Shown: positions 40,001 through 54,300 of the stretch, one piece after another
Numbering within the stretch: position 1 is the first letter of the stretch
How the letters are laid out: each line of letters starts with the position of its first letter
DNA from: the human T2T-CHM13v2.0 reference genome, Homo sapiens
NCBI RefSeq assembly: GCF_009914755.1
Contig: NC_060937.1
Direction: 5' to 3' (one strand)
DNA length: 64,000 nucleotides
Position numbers and translations under genes: made by a program
Notes under the pieces: generated by a model
What the model saw: only the letters and a program-made list of their open reading frames with translations
Database searches by the model: none
What the model was told of the DNA's origin: nothing

Positions 40001-43000
40001 TTTCAAAACTGCTCTCTATCAATGGCAAAGTTCAACTCTGTTAGTTGAGGACACATATCACCAACAAGTTTCTGAGAATGCTTCTGTCTATTTTTTATGG
40101 GAAGATATTTCCTTTTTCACCGTAGGCGTCAAGGCGATCGAAATGTCCACTTCCACAAACTACAAAAAGAGTGTTTCAAACCTGCTCTATGAAAGGCCAT
40201 GTTCATCTCTATGAGTCGAATGGAAATATCCGAAAGAAATTTCTGGGAATGCTGCTGTCTAGTTTTTATACGAATTCCCGCTTCCAACGAAATCCTCAAA
40301 GCAATCCAAATATCCACTTGCAGAATCCACAAAAAGAGTGTTTCAAAACTGCTCTATCAATAGAAAGGTTCAACTCTTTTAGTTGAGTACACACATCACA
40401 AACAAGTTTCTGAGAATGCTTCTGTCTGGCTTTTATTGGAAGACGTTTCCTTTTCACCAAAGGCATCAAAGCGCTCCAAATGTCCACTTCCAGATTCTTC
40501 CAAAAGAGTGTTTGAAACGTGCTCAAAGTAAGGGAATGTTCAACTCTGTGACTTGAATGCAGATATCACCAAGTAGTTTCTAATAGTGCTTCTGTCTAGA
40601 TTTTAGATGATGATATTCCCGTTTCCAACGAAATCGTTAGAGCTATCCAAATATCCACTTACAGTTGCTACAAAAACAGTGTTTCCAAACTGCTGCATCA
40701 AAAGAAAGGTTCAACTCTGTTAGTTGAGGACACACGTCACAAAGAAGTTTGTGAGAATGCTTCTGTCTAGATTTTGTATGACGATATTCCCTTTTCCAAC
40801 GATATCATTAAAGCAATCTAAATATCCATTTGCAGAATCCACAAAAATAGAGTTTCAAAGCTGCTCTGTAAAAAGAAAGGTTCCACTCTGTTAGCTGAGT
40901 ACACACATCACAAACTTGTTTCTCAGAATCCTTCTGTCTCGTTTTTATGGGAAGATATTTACTTTTTCACCGTAGGCATCAAAGCGCTCCAAATGTCCAC
41001 ATCCAGATACTCCAGAAAGAGTGTTTCAAACCTGCTCTATGAAAGGGAATCTTCAACTCTATGAGTTGAATGCAGACATCAGAAAGAAATTTCTGAGAAT
41101 GCTGCTGTCTACCTTTTATTTGAATTCCCGCTTCCAACGAAATCCTCCAAGCTATCCAAATATCCACTTGCAGATTCCACAAAAAGAGTGTTTCAAAACT
41201 GCTCTCTATCAATGGCAAAGTTCAACTCTGTTAGTTGAGGACACATATCACCAACAAGTTTCTGAGAATGCTTCTGTCTATTTTTTATGGGAAGATATTT
41301 CCTTTTTCACCGTAGGCGTCAAGGCGATCGAAATGTCCACTTCCACAAACTACAAAAAGAGTGTTTCAAACCTGCTCTATGAAAGGCCATGTTCATCTCT
41401 ATGAGTCGAATGGAAATATCCGAAAGAAATTTCTGGGAATGCTGCTGTCTAGTTTTTATACGAATTCCCGCTTCCAACGAAATCCTCAAAGCAATCCAAA
41501 TATCCACTTGCAGAATCCACAAAAAGAGTGTTTCAAAACTGCTCTATCAATAGAAAGGTTCAACTCTTTTAGTTGAGTACACACATCACAAACAAGTTTC
41601 TGAGAATGCTTCTGTCTGGCTTTTATTGGAAGACGTTTCCTTTTCACCAAAGGCATCAAAGCGCTCCAAATGTCCACTTCCAGATTCTTCCAAAAGAGTG
41701 TTTGAAACGTGCTCAAAGTAAGGGAATGTTCAACTCTGTGACTTGAATGCAGATATCACCAAGTAGTTTCTAATAGTGCTTCTGTCTAGATTTTAGATGA
41801 TGATATTCCCGTTTCCAACGAAATCGTTAGAGCTATCCAAATATCCACTTACAGTTGCTACAAAAACAGTGTTTCCAAACTGCTGCATCAAAAGAAAGGT
41901 TCAACTCTGTTAGTTGAGGACACACGTCACAAAGAAGTTTGTGAGAATGCTTCTGTCTAGATTTTGTATGACGATATTCCCTTTTCCAACGATATCATTA
42001 AAGCAATCTAAATATCCATTTGCAGAATCCACAAAAATAGAGTTTCAAAGCTGCTCTGTAAAAAGAAAGGTTCCACTCTGTTAGCTGAGTACACACATCA
42101 CAAACTTGTTTCTCAGAATCCTTCTGTCTCGTTTTTATGGGAAGATATTTACTTTTTCACCGTAGGCATCAAAGCGCTCCAAATGTCCACATCCAGATAC
42201 TCCAGAAAGAGTGTTTCAAACCTGCTCTATGAAAGGGAATCTTCAACTCTATGAGTTGAATGCAGACATCAGAAAGAAATTTCTGAGAATGCTGCTGTCT
42301 ACCTTTTATTTGAATTCCCGCTTCCAACGAAATCCTCCAAGCTATCCAAATATCCACTTGCAGATTCCACAAAAAGAGTGTTTCAAAACTGCTCTCTATC
42401 AATGGCAAAGTTCAACTCTGTTAGTTGAGGACACATATCACCAACAAGTTTCTGAGAATGCTTCTGTCTATTTTTTATGGGAAGATATTTCCTTTTTCAC
42501 CGTAGGCGTCAAGGCGATCGAAATGTCCACTTCCACAAACTACAAAAAGAGTGTTTCAAACCTGCTCTATGAAAGGCCATGTTCATCTCTATGAGTCGAA
42601 TGGAAATATCCGAAAGAAATTTCTGGGAATGCTGCTGTCTAGTTTTTATACGAATTCCCGCTTCCAACGAAATCCTCAAAGCAATCCAAATATCCACTTG
42701 CAGAATCCACAAAAAGAGTGTTTCAAAACTGCTCTATCAATAGAAAGGTTCAACTCTTTTAGTTGAGTACACACATCACAAACAAGTTTCTGAGAATGCT
42801 TCTGTCTGGCTTTTATTGGAAGACGTTTCCTTTTCACCAAAGGCATCAAAGCGCTCCAAATGTCCACTTCCAGATTCTTCCAAAAGAGTGTTTGAAACGT
42901 GCTCAAAGTAAGGGAATGTTCAACTCTGTGACTTGAATGCAGATATCACCAAGTAGTTTCTAATAGTGCTTCTGTCTAGATTTTAGATGATGATATTCCC

Positions 43001-45385
43001 GTTTCCAACGAAATCGTTAGAGCTATCCAAATATCCACTTACAGTTGCTACAAAAACAGTGTTTCCAAACTGCTGCATCAAAAGAAAGGTTCAACTCTGT
43101 TAGTTGAGGACACACGTCACAAAGAAGTTTGTGAGAATGCTTCTGTCTAGATTTTGTATGACGATATTCCCTTTTCCAACGATATCGTTAAAGCAATCTA
43201 AATATCCATTTGCAGAATCCACAAAAATAGAGTTTCAAAGCTGCTCTGTAAAAAGAAAGGTTCCACTCTGTTAGCTGAGTACACACATCACAAACTTGTT
43301 TCTGAGAATCCTTCTGTCTCGTTTTTCTGGGAAGATATTTACTTTTTCACCGTAGGCATCAAAGCGCTCCAAATGTCCACATCCAGATACTCCAGAAAGA
43401 GTGTTTCAAACCTGCTCTATGAAAGGGAATCTTCAACTCTATGAGTTGAATGCAGACATCAGAAAGAAATTTCTGAGAATGCTGCTGTCTACCTTTTATT
43501 TGAATTCCCGCTTCCAACGAAATCCTCCAAGCTATCCAAATATCCACTTGCAGATTCCACAAAAAGAGTGTTTCAAAACTGCTCTCTATCAATGGCAAAG
43601 TTCAACTCTGTTAGTTGAGGACACATATCACCAACAAGTTTCTGAGAATGCTTCTGTCTATTTTTTATGGGAAGATATTTCCTTTTTCACCGTAGGCGTC
43701 AAGGCGATCGAAATGTCCACTTCCACAAACTACAAAAAGAGTGTTTCAAACCTGCTCTATGAAAGGCCATGTTCATCTCTATGAGTCGAATGGAAATATC
43801 CGAAAGAAATTTCTGGGAATGCTGCTGTCTAGTTTTTATACGAATTCCCGCTTCCAACGAAATCCTCAAAGCAATCCAAATATCCACTTGCAGAATCCAC
43901 AAAAAGAGTGTTTCAAAACTGCTCTATCAATAGAAAGGTTCAACTCTTTTAGTTGAGTACACACATCACAAACAAGTTTCTGAGAATGCTTCTGTCTGGC
44001 TTTTATTGGAAGACGTTTCCTTTTCACCAAAGGCATCAAAGCGCTCCAAATGTCCACTTCCAGATTCTTCCAAAAGAGTGTTTGAAACGTGCTCAAAGTA
44101 AGGGAATGTTCAACTCTGTGACTTGAATGCAGATATCACCAAGTAGTTTCTAATAGTGCTTCTGTCTAGATTTTAGATGATGATATTCCCGTTTCCAACG
44201 AAATCGTTAGAGCTATCCAAATATCCACTTACAGTTGCTACAAAAACAGTGTTTCCAAACTGCTGCATCAAAAGAAAGGTTCAACTCTGTTAGTTGAGGA
44301 CACACGTCACAAAGAAGTTTGTGAGAATGCTTCTGTCTAGATTTTGTATGACGATATTCCCTTTTCCAACGATATCGTTAAAGCAATCTAAATATCCATT
44401 TGCAGAATCCACAAAAATAGAGTTTCAAAGCTGCTCTGTAAAAAGAAAGGTTCCACTCTGTTAGCTGAGTACACACATCACAAACTTGTTTCTCAGAATC
44501 CTTCTGTCTCGTTTTTATGGGAAGATATTTACTTTTTCACCGTAGGCATCAAAGCGCTCCAAATGTCCACATCCAGATACTCCAGAAAGAGTGTTTCAAA
44601 CCTGCTCTATGAAAGGGAATCTTCAACTCTATGAGTTGAATGCAGACATCAGAAAGAAATTTCTGAGAATGCTGCTGTCTACCTTTTATTTGAATTCCCG
44701 CTTCCAACGAAATCCTCCAAGCTATCCAAATATCCACTTGCAGATTCCACAAAAAGAGTGTTTCAAAACTGCTCTCTATCAATGGCAAAGTTCAACTCTG
44801 TTAGTTGAGGACACATATCACCAACAAGTTTCTGAGAATGCTTCTGTCTATTTTTTATGGGAAGATATTTCCTTTTTCACCGTAGGCGTCAAGGCGATCG
44901 AAATGTCCACTTCCACAAACTACAAAAAGAGTGTTTCAAACCTGCTCTATGAAAGGCCATGTTCATCTCTATGAGTCGAATGGAAATATCCGAAAGAAAT
45001 TTCTGGGAATGCTGCTGTCTAGTTTTTATACGAATTCCCGCTTCCAACGAAATCCTCAAAGCAATCCAAATATCCACTTGCAGAATCCACAAAAAGAGTG
45101 TTTCAAAACTGCTCTATCAATAGAAAGGTTCAACTCTTTTAGTTGAGTACACACATCACAAACAAGTTTCTGAGAATGCTTCTGTCTGGCTTTTATTGGA
45201 AGACGTTTCCTTTTCACCAAAGGCATCAAAGCGCTCCAAATGTCCACTTCCAGATTCTTCCAAAAGAGTGTTTGAAACGTGCTCAAAGTAAGGGAATGTT
45301 CAACTCTGTGACTTGAATGCAGATATCACCAAGTAGTTTCTAATAGTGCTTCTGTCTAGATTTTAGATGATGATATTCCCGTTTC
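37056..45385. repeat. Second homogeneous run of seven 7-mer HORs
   Basis: Strict 1190 bp period of ORFs from 37409 to 44549. Confidence 0.95.
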
Positions 45386-48300
45386 CAACGAAATCGTTAG
45401 AGCTATCCAAATATCCACTTACAGTTTCTACAAAAAGAGTGTTTCCAAACTGCTGCATCAAAAGAAAGGTTCAACTCTGTTAGTTGAGGACACACATCAC
45501 AAAGAAGTTTGTGAGAATGCTTCTGTCTAGATTTTGTATGACCATATTCCCTTTTCCAGCGATATCATTAAAGCAATCTAAATATCCATTTGCAGAATCC
45601 ACAAAAATAGAGTTTCAAAGCTGCTCTGTAAAAAGAAAGGTTCCACTCTGTTAGCTGAGTACACACATCACAAACTTGTTTCTCAGAATCCTTCTGTCTC
45701 GTTTTTATGGGAAGATATTTACTTTTTCACCGTAGGCATCAAAGCGCTCCAAATGTCCACATCCAGATACTCCAGAAAGAGTGTTTCAAACCTGCTCTAT
45801 GAAAGGGAATCTTCAACTCTATGAGTTGAATGCAGACATCAGAAAGAAATTTCTGAGAATGCTGCTGTCTACCTTTTATTTGAATTCCCGCTTCCAACGA
45901 AATCCTCCAAGCTATCCAAATATCCACCTGCATTTTCCACAAAAAGAGCGTTTCAAAACTGCTCTATCAATAGAAATGTTCAACTCCTTTGGCTGGGTAC
46001 ACACATCACAAACAAGTTTCTGAGAATGCTTCTGTCTAGTTTTTATGGGAAGACATTCCCTTTTTCACCAAAGGCATCAAAGCGCTCCAAATGTCCACTT
46101 CCAGACACTACAAAAAGAGTGTTTCCAACGTGCTCTAAGAAAGCGAATGTTCAACTCTGTGACTTGAATGCAGATATCACAAAGTAGTTTCTGAGAGGGC
46201 TTCTGTCTAGATTTTAGATGATGATATTCCCGTTTCCAACGAAATCATTAGAGCTATCCAAATATCCACTTACAGTTTCTACAAAAAGAGTGTTTCCAAA
46301 CTGCTGCATCAAAAGAGAGGTTCCACTCTGTTAGCTGAGTACACACATCACAAACTTGTTTCTCAGAATCCTTCTGTCTCGTTTTTCTGGGAAGATATTT
46401 ACTTTTTCACCGTAGGCATCAAAGCGCTCCAAATGTCCACATCCAGATACTCCAGAAAGAGTGTTTCAAACCTGCTCTATGAAAGGGAATCTTCAACTCT
46501 ATGAGTTGAATGCAGACATCAGAAAGAAATTTCTGAGAATGCTGCTGTCTACCTTTTATTTGAATTCCCGCTTCCAACGAAATCCTCCAAGCTATCCAAA
46601 TATCCACTTGCAGATTCCACAAAAAGAGTGTTTCAAAACTGCTCTCTATCAATGGCAAAGTTCAACTCTGTTAGTTGAGGACACATATCACCAACAAGTT
46701 TCTGAGAATGCTTCTGTCTATTTTTTATGGGAAGATATTTCCTTTTTCACCGTAGGCGTCAAGGCGATCGAAATGTCCACTTCCACAAACTACAAAAAGA
46801 GTGTTTCAAACCTGCTCTATGAAAGGCCATGTTCATCTCTATGAGTCGAATGGAAATATCCGAAAGAAATTTCTGGGAATGCTGCTGTCTAGTTTTTATA
46901 CGAATTCCCGCTTCCAACGAAATCCTCAAAGCAATCCAAATATCCACTTGCAGAATCCACAAAAAGAGTGTTTCAAAACTGCTCTATCAATAGAAAGGTT
47001 CAACTCTTTTAGTTGAGTACACACATCACAAACAAGTTTCTGAGAATGCTTCTGTCTGGCTTTTATTGGAAGACGTTTCCTTTTCACCAAAGGCATCAAA
47101 GCGCTCCAAATGTCCACTTCCAGATTCTTCCAAAAGAGTGTTTGAAACGTGCTCAAAGTAAGGGAATGTTCAACTCTGTGACTTGAATGCAGATATCACC
47201 AAGTAGTTTCTAATAGTGCTTCTGTCTAGATTTTAGATGATGATATTCCCGTTTCCAACGAAATCGTTAGAGCTATCCAAATATCCACTTACAGTTGCTA
47301 CAAAAACAGTGTTTCCAAACTGCTGCATCAAAAGAAAGGTTCAACTCTGTTAGTTGAGGACACACGTCACAAAGAAGTTTGTGAGAATGCTTCTGTCTAG
47401 ATTTTGTATGACGATATTCCCTTTTCCAACGATATCATTAAAGCAATCTAAATATCCATTTGCAGAATCCACAAAAATAGAGTTTCAAAGCTGCTCTGTA
47501 AAAAGAAAGGTTCCACTCTGTTAGCTGAGTACACACATCACAAACTTGTTTCTCAGAATCCTTCTGTCTCGTTTTTCTGGGAAGATATTTACTTTTTCAC
47601 CGTAGGCATCAAAGCGCTCCAAATGTCCACATCCAGATACTCCAGAAAGAGTGTTTCAAACCTGCTCTATGAAAGGGAATCTTCAACTCTATGAGTTGAA
47701 TGCAGACATCAGAAAGAAATTTCTGAGAATGCTGCTGTCTACCTTTTATTTGAATTCCCGCTTCCAACGAAATCCTCCAAGCTATCCAAATATCCACTTG
47801 CAGATTCCACAAAAAGAGTGTTTCAAAACTGCTCTCTATCAATGGCAAAGTTCAACTCTGTTAGTTGAGGACACATATCACCAACAAGTTTCTGAGAATG
47901 CTTCTGTCTATTTTTTATGGGAAGATATTTCCTTTTTCACCGTAGGCGTCAAGGCGATCGAAATGTCCACTTCCACAAACTACAAAAAGAGTGTTTCAAA
48001 CCTGCTCTATGAAAGGCCATGTTCATCTCTATGAGTCGAATGGAAATATCCGAAAGAAATTTCTGGGAATGCTGCTGTCTAGTTTTTATACGAATTCCCG
48101 CTTCCAACGAAATCCTCAAAGCAATCCAAATATCCACTTGCAGAATCCACAAAAAGAGTGTTTCAAAACTGCTCTATCAATAGAAAGGTTCAACTCTTTT
48201 AGTTGAGTACACACATCACAAACAAGTTTCTGAGAATGCTTCTGTCTGGCTTTTATTGGAAGACGTTTCCTTTTCACCAAAGGCATCAAAGCGCTCCAAA

Positions 48301-51300
48301 TGTCCACTTCCAGATTCTTCCAAAAGAGTGTTTGAAACGTGCTCAAAGTAAGGGAATGTTCAACTCTGTGACTTGAATGCAGATATCACCAAGTAGTTTC
48401 TAATAGTGCTTCTGTCTAGATTTTAGATGATGATATTCCCGTTTCCAACGAAATCGTTAGAGCTATCCAAATATCCACTTACAGTTTCTACAAAAAGAGT
48501 GTTTCCAAACTGCTGCATCAAAAGAAAGGTTCAACTCTGTTAGTTGAGGACACACATCACAAAGAAGTTTGTGAGAATGCTTCTGTCTAGATTTTGTATG
48601 ACCATATTCCCTTTTCCAGCGATATCATTAATGCAATCTAAATATCCATTTGCAGAATCCACAAAAATAGAGTTTCAAAGCTGCTCTGTAAAAAGAAAGG
48701 TTCCACTCTGTTAGCTGAGTACACACATCACAAACTTGTTTCTCAGAATCCTTCTGTCTCGTTTTTATGGGAAGATATTTACTTTTTCACCGTAGGCATC
48801 AAAGCGCTCCAAATGTCCACATCCAGATACTCCAGAAAGAGTGTTTCAAACCTGCTCTATGAAAGGGAATCTTCAACTCTATGAGTTGAATGCAGACATC
48901 AGAAAGAAATTTCTGAGAATGCTGCTGTCTACCTTTTATTTGAACTCCCGCTTCCAACGAAATCCTCCAAGCTATCCAAATATCCACTTGCATTTTCCAC
49001 AAAAAGAGTGCTTCAAAACTGCTCTATCAATAAATGTTCAACTCCTTTAGCTGGGTGCACACATCACAAACAAGTTTCTGAGAATGCTTCTGTCTAGTTT
49101 TTATGGGAAGACATTCCCTTTTTCACCAAAGGCATCAAAGCGCTCCAAATGTCCACTTCCAGACACTACAAAAAGAGTGTTTCCAACGTGCTCTAAGAAA
49201 GCGAATGTTCAACTCTGTGACTTGAATGCAGATATCACAAAGTAGTTTCTGAGAGGGCTTCTGTCTAGATTTTAGATGATGATATTCCCGTTTCCAACGA
49301 AATCATTAGAGCTATCCAAATATCCACTTACAGTTTCTACAAAAAGAGTGTTTCCAAACTGCTGCATCAAAAGAGAGGTTCCACTCTGTTAGCTGAGTAC
49401 ACACATCACAAACTTGTTTCTGAGAATCCTTCTGTGTCGTTTTTATGGGAAGATATTTACTTTTTCACCGTAGGCATCAAAGCGCTCCAAATGTCCACAT
49501 CCAGATACTCCAGAAAGAGTGTTTCAAACCTGCTCTATGAAAGGGAATCTTCAACTCTATGAGTTGAATGCAGACATCAGAAAGAAATTTCTGAGAATGC
49601 TGCTGTCTACCTTTTATTTGAATTCCCGCTTCCAACGAAATCCTCCAAGCTATCCAAATATCCACTTGCAGATTCCACAAAAAGAGTGTTTCAAAACTGC
49701 TCTCTATCAATGGCAAAGTTCAACTCTGTTAGTTGAGGACACATATCACCAACAAGTTTCTGAGAATGCTTCTGTCTATTTTTTATGGGAAGATATTTCC
49801 TTTTTCACCGTAGGCGTCAAGGCGATCGAAATGTCCACTTCCACAAACTACAAAAAGAGTGTTTCAAACCTGCTCTATGAAAGGCCATGTTCATCTCTAT
49901 GAGTCGAATGGAAATATCCGAAAGAAATTTCTGGGAATGCTGCTGTCTAGTTTTTATACGAATTCCCGCTTCCAACGAAATCCTCAAAGCAATCCAAATA
50001 TCCACTTGCAGAATCCACAAAAAGAGTGTTTCAAAACTGCTCTATCAATAGAAAGGTTCAACTCTTTTAGTTGAGTACACACATCACAAACAAGTTTCTG
50101 AGAATGCTTCTGTCTGGCTTTTATTGGAAGACGTTTCCTTTTCACCAAAGGCATCAAAGCGCTCCAAATGTCCACTTCCAGATTCTTCCAAAAGAGTGTT
50201 TGAAACGTGCTCAAAGTAAGGGAATGTTCAACTCTGTGACTTGAATGCAGATATCACCAAGTAGTTTCTAATAGTGCTTCTGTCTAGATTTTAGATGATG
50301 ATATTCCCGTTTCCAACGAAATCGTTAGAGCTATCCAAATATCCACTTACAGTTGCTACAAAAAGAGTGTTTCCAAACTGCTGCATCAAAAGAAAGGTTC
50401 AACTCTGTTAGTTGAGGACACACATCACAAAGAAGTTTGTGAGAATGCTTCTGTCTAGATTTTGTATGACCATATTCCCTTTTCCAGCGATATCATTAAA
50501 GCAATCTAAATATCCATTTGCAGAATCCACAAAAATAGAGTTTCAAAGCTGCTCTGTAAAAAGAAAGGTTCCACTCTGTTAGCTGAGTACACACATCACA
50601 AACTTGTTTCTGAGAATCCTTCTGTCTCGTTTTTATGGGAAGATATTTACTTTTTCACCGTAGGCATCAAAGCGCTCCAAATGTCCACATCCAGATACTC
50701 CAGAAAGAGTGTTTCAAACCTGCTCTATGAAAGGGAATCTTGAACTCTATGAGTTGAATGCAGACATCAGAAAGAAATTTCTGAGAATGCTGCTGTCTAC
50801 CTTTTATTTGAATTCCCGCTTCCAACGAAATCCTCCAAGCTATCCAAATATCCACCTGCATTTTCCACAAAAAGAGCGTTTCAAAACTGCTCTATCAATA
50901 GAAATGTTCAACTCCTTTGGCTGGGTACACACATCACAAACAAGTTTCTGAGAATGCTTCTGTCTAGTTTTTATGGGAAGACATTCCCTTTTTCACCAAA
51001 GGCATCAAAGCGCTCCAAATGTCCACTTCCAGACACTACAAAAAGAGTGTTTCCAACGTGCTCTAAGAAAGCGAATGTTCAACTCTGTGACTTGAATGCA
51101 GATATCACAAAGTAGTTTCTGAGAGGGCTTCTGTCTAGATTTTAGATGATGATATTCCCGTTTCCAACGAAATCATTAGAGCTATCCAAATATCCACTTA
51201 CAGTTTCTACAAAAAGAGTGTTTCCAAACTGCTGCATCAAAAGAGAGGTTCCACTCTGTTAGCTGAGTACACACATCACAAACTTGTTTCTCAGAATCCT

Positions 51301-54300
51301 TCTGTCTCGTTTTTCTGGGAAGATATTTACTTTTTCACCGTAGGCATCAAAGCGCTCCAAATGTCCACATCCAGATACTCCAGAAAGAGTGTTTCAAACC
51401 TGCTCTATGAAAGGGAATCTTCAACTCTATGAGTTGAATGCAGACATCAGAAAGAAATTTCTGAGAATGCTGCTGTCTACCTTTTATTTGAATTCCCGCT
51501 TCCAACGAAATCCTCCAAGCTATCCAAATATCCACTTGCAGATTCCACAAAAAGAGTGTTTCAAAACTGCTCTCTATCAATGGCAAAGTTCAACTCTGTT
51601 AGTTGAGGACACATATCACCAACAAGTTTCTGAGAATGCTTCTGTCTATTTTTTATGGGAAGATATTTCCTTTTTCACCGTAGGCGTCAAGGCGATCGAA
51701 ATGTCCACTTCCACAAACTACAAAAAGAGTGTTTCAAACCTGCTCTATGAAAGGCCATGTTCATCTCTATGAGTCGAATGGAAATATCCGAAAGAAATTT
51801 CTGGGAATGCTGCTGTCTAGTTTTTATACGAATTCCCGCTTCCAACGAAATCCTCAAAGCAATCCAAATATCCACTTGCAGAATCCACAAAAAGAGTGTT
51901 TCAAAACTGCTCTATCAATAGAAAGGTTCAACTCTTTTAGTTGAGTACACACATCACAAACAAGTTTCTGAGAATGCTTCTGTCTGGCTTTTATTGGAAG
52001 ACGTTTCCTTTTCACCAAAGGCATCAAAGCGCTCCAAATGTCCACTTCCAGATTCTTCCAAAAGAGTGTTTGAAACGTGCTCAAAGTAAGGGAATGTTCA
52101 ACTCTGTGACTTGAATGCAGATATCACCAAGTAGTTTCTAATAGTGCTTCTGTCTAGATTTTAGATGATGATATTCCCGTTTCCAACGAAATCGTTAGAG
52201 CTATCCAAATATCCACTTACAGTTGCTACAAAAACAGTGTTTCCAAACTGCTGCATCAAAAGAAAGGTTCAACTCTGTTAGTTGAGGACACACGTCACAA
52301 AGAAGTTTGTGAGAATGCTTCTGTCTAGATTTTGTATGACGATATTCCCTTTTCCAACGATATCATTAAAGCAATCTAAATATCCATTTGCAGAATCCAC
52401 AAAAATAGAGTTTCAAAGCTGCTCTGTAAAAAGAAAGGTTCCACTCTGTTAGCTGAGTACACACATCACAAACTTGTTTCTCAGAATCCTTCTGTCTCGT
52501 TTTTCTGGGAAGATATTTACTTTTTCACCGTAGGCATCAAAGCGCTCCAAATGTCCACATCCAGATACTCCAGAAAGAGTGTTTCAAACCTGCTCTATGA
52601 AAGGGAATCTTCAACTCTATGAGTTGAATGCAGACATCAGAAAGAAATTTCTGAGAATGCTGCTGTCTACCTTTTATTTGAATTCCCGCTTCCAACGAAA
52701 TCCTCCAAGCTATCCAAATATCCACTTGCAGATTCCACAAAAAGAGTGTTTCAAAACTGCTCTCTATCAATGGCAAAGTTCAACTCTGTTAGTTGAGGAC
52801 ACATATCACCAACAAGTTTCTGAGAATGCTTCTGTCTATTTTTTATGGGAAGATATTTCCTTTTTCACCGTAGGCGTCAAGGCGATCGAAATGTCCACTT
52901 CCACAAACTACAAAAAGAGTGTTTCAAACCTGCTCTATGAAAGGCCATGTTCATCTCTATGAGTCGAATGGAAATATCCGAAAGAAATTTCTGGGAATGC
53001 TGCTGTCTAGTTTTTATACGAATTCCCGCTTCCAACGAAATCCTCAAAGCAATCCAAATATCCACTTGCAGAATCCACAAAAAGAGTGTTTCAAAACTGC
53101 TCTATCAATAGAAAGGTTCAACTCTTTTAGTTGAGTACACACATCACAAACAAGTTTCTGAGAATGCTTCTGTCTGGCTTTTATTGGAAGACGTTTCCTT
53201 TTCACCAAAGGCATCAAAGCGCTCCAAATGTCCACTTCCAGATTCTTCCAAAAGAGTGTTTGAAACGTGCTCAAAGTAAGGGAATGTTCAACTCTGTGAC
53301 TTGAATGCAGATATCACCAAGTAGTTTCTAATAGTGCTTCTGTCTAGATTTTAGATGATGATATTCCCGTTTCCAACGAAATCGTTAGAGCTATCCAAAT
53401 ATCCACTTACAGTTTCTACAAAAAGAGTGTTTCCAAACTGCTGCATCAAAAGAAAGGTTCAACTCTGTTAGTTGAGGACACACATCACAAAGAAGTTTGT
53501 GAGAATGCTTCTGTCTAGATTTTGTATGACCATATTCCCTTTTCCAGCGATATCATTAATGCAATCTAAATATCCATTTGCAGAATCCACAAAAATAGAG
53601 TTTCAAAGCTGCTCTGTAAAAAGAAAGGTTCCACTCTGTTAGCTGAGTACACACATCACAAACTTGTTTCTCAGAATCCTTCTGTCTCGTTTTTATGGGA
53701 AGATATTTACTTTTTCACCGTAGGCATCAAAGCGCTCCAAATGTCCACATCCAGATACTCCAGAAAGAGTGTTTCAAACCTGCTCTATGAAAGGGAATCT
53801 TCAACTCTATGAGTTGAATGCAGACATCAGAAAGAAATTTCTGAGAATGCTGCTGTCTACCTTTTATTTGAACTCCCGCTTCCAACGAAATCCTCCAAGC
53901 TATCCAAATATCCACTTGCATTTTCCACAAAAAGAGTGCTTCAAAACTGCTCTATCAATAAATGTTCAACTCCTTTAGCTGGGTGCACACATCACAAACA
54001 AGTTTCTGAGAATGCTTCTGTCTAGTTTTTATGGGAAGACATTCCCTTTTTCACCAAAGGCATCAAAGCGCTCCAAATGTCCACTTCCAGACACTACAAA
54101 AAGAGTGTTTCCAACGTGCTCTAAGAAAGCGAATGTTCAACTCTGTGACTTGAATGCAGATATCACAAAGTAGTTTCTGAGAGGGCTTCTGTCTAGATTT
54201 TAGATGATGATATTCCCGTTTCCAACGAAATCATTAGAGCTATCCAAATATCCACTTACAGTTTCTACAAAAAGAGTGTTTCCAAACTGCTGCATCAAAA

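Noticed and set aside
21926-45385. The two runs of exactly seven 7-mers (offset 15130 bp) as one large duplication
   Set aside because: Marker order differs (run 1: aa,aa,aa,ac,aa,ac,gc; run 2: ga,aa,ac,aa,aa,gc,ga), singletons 23079 and 29416 are not mirrored, and the flanking HOR orders differ. The equal count may be coincidence or obscured by later conversion.
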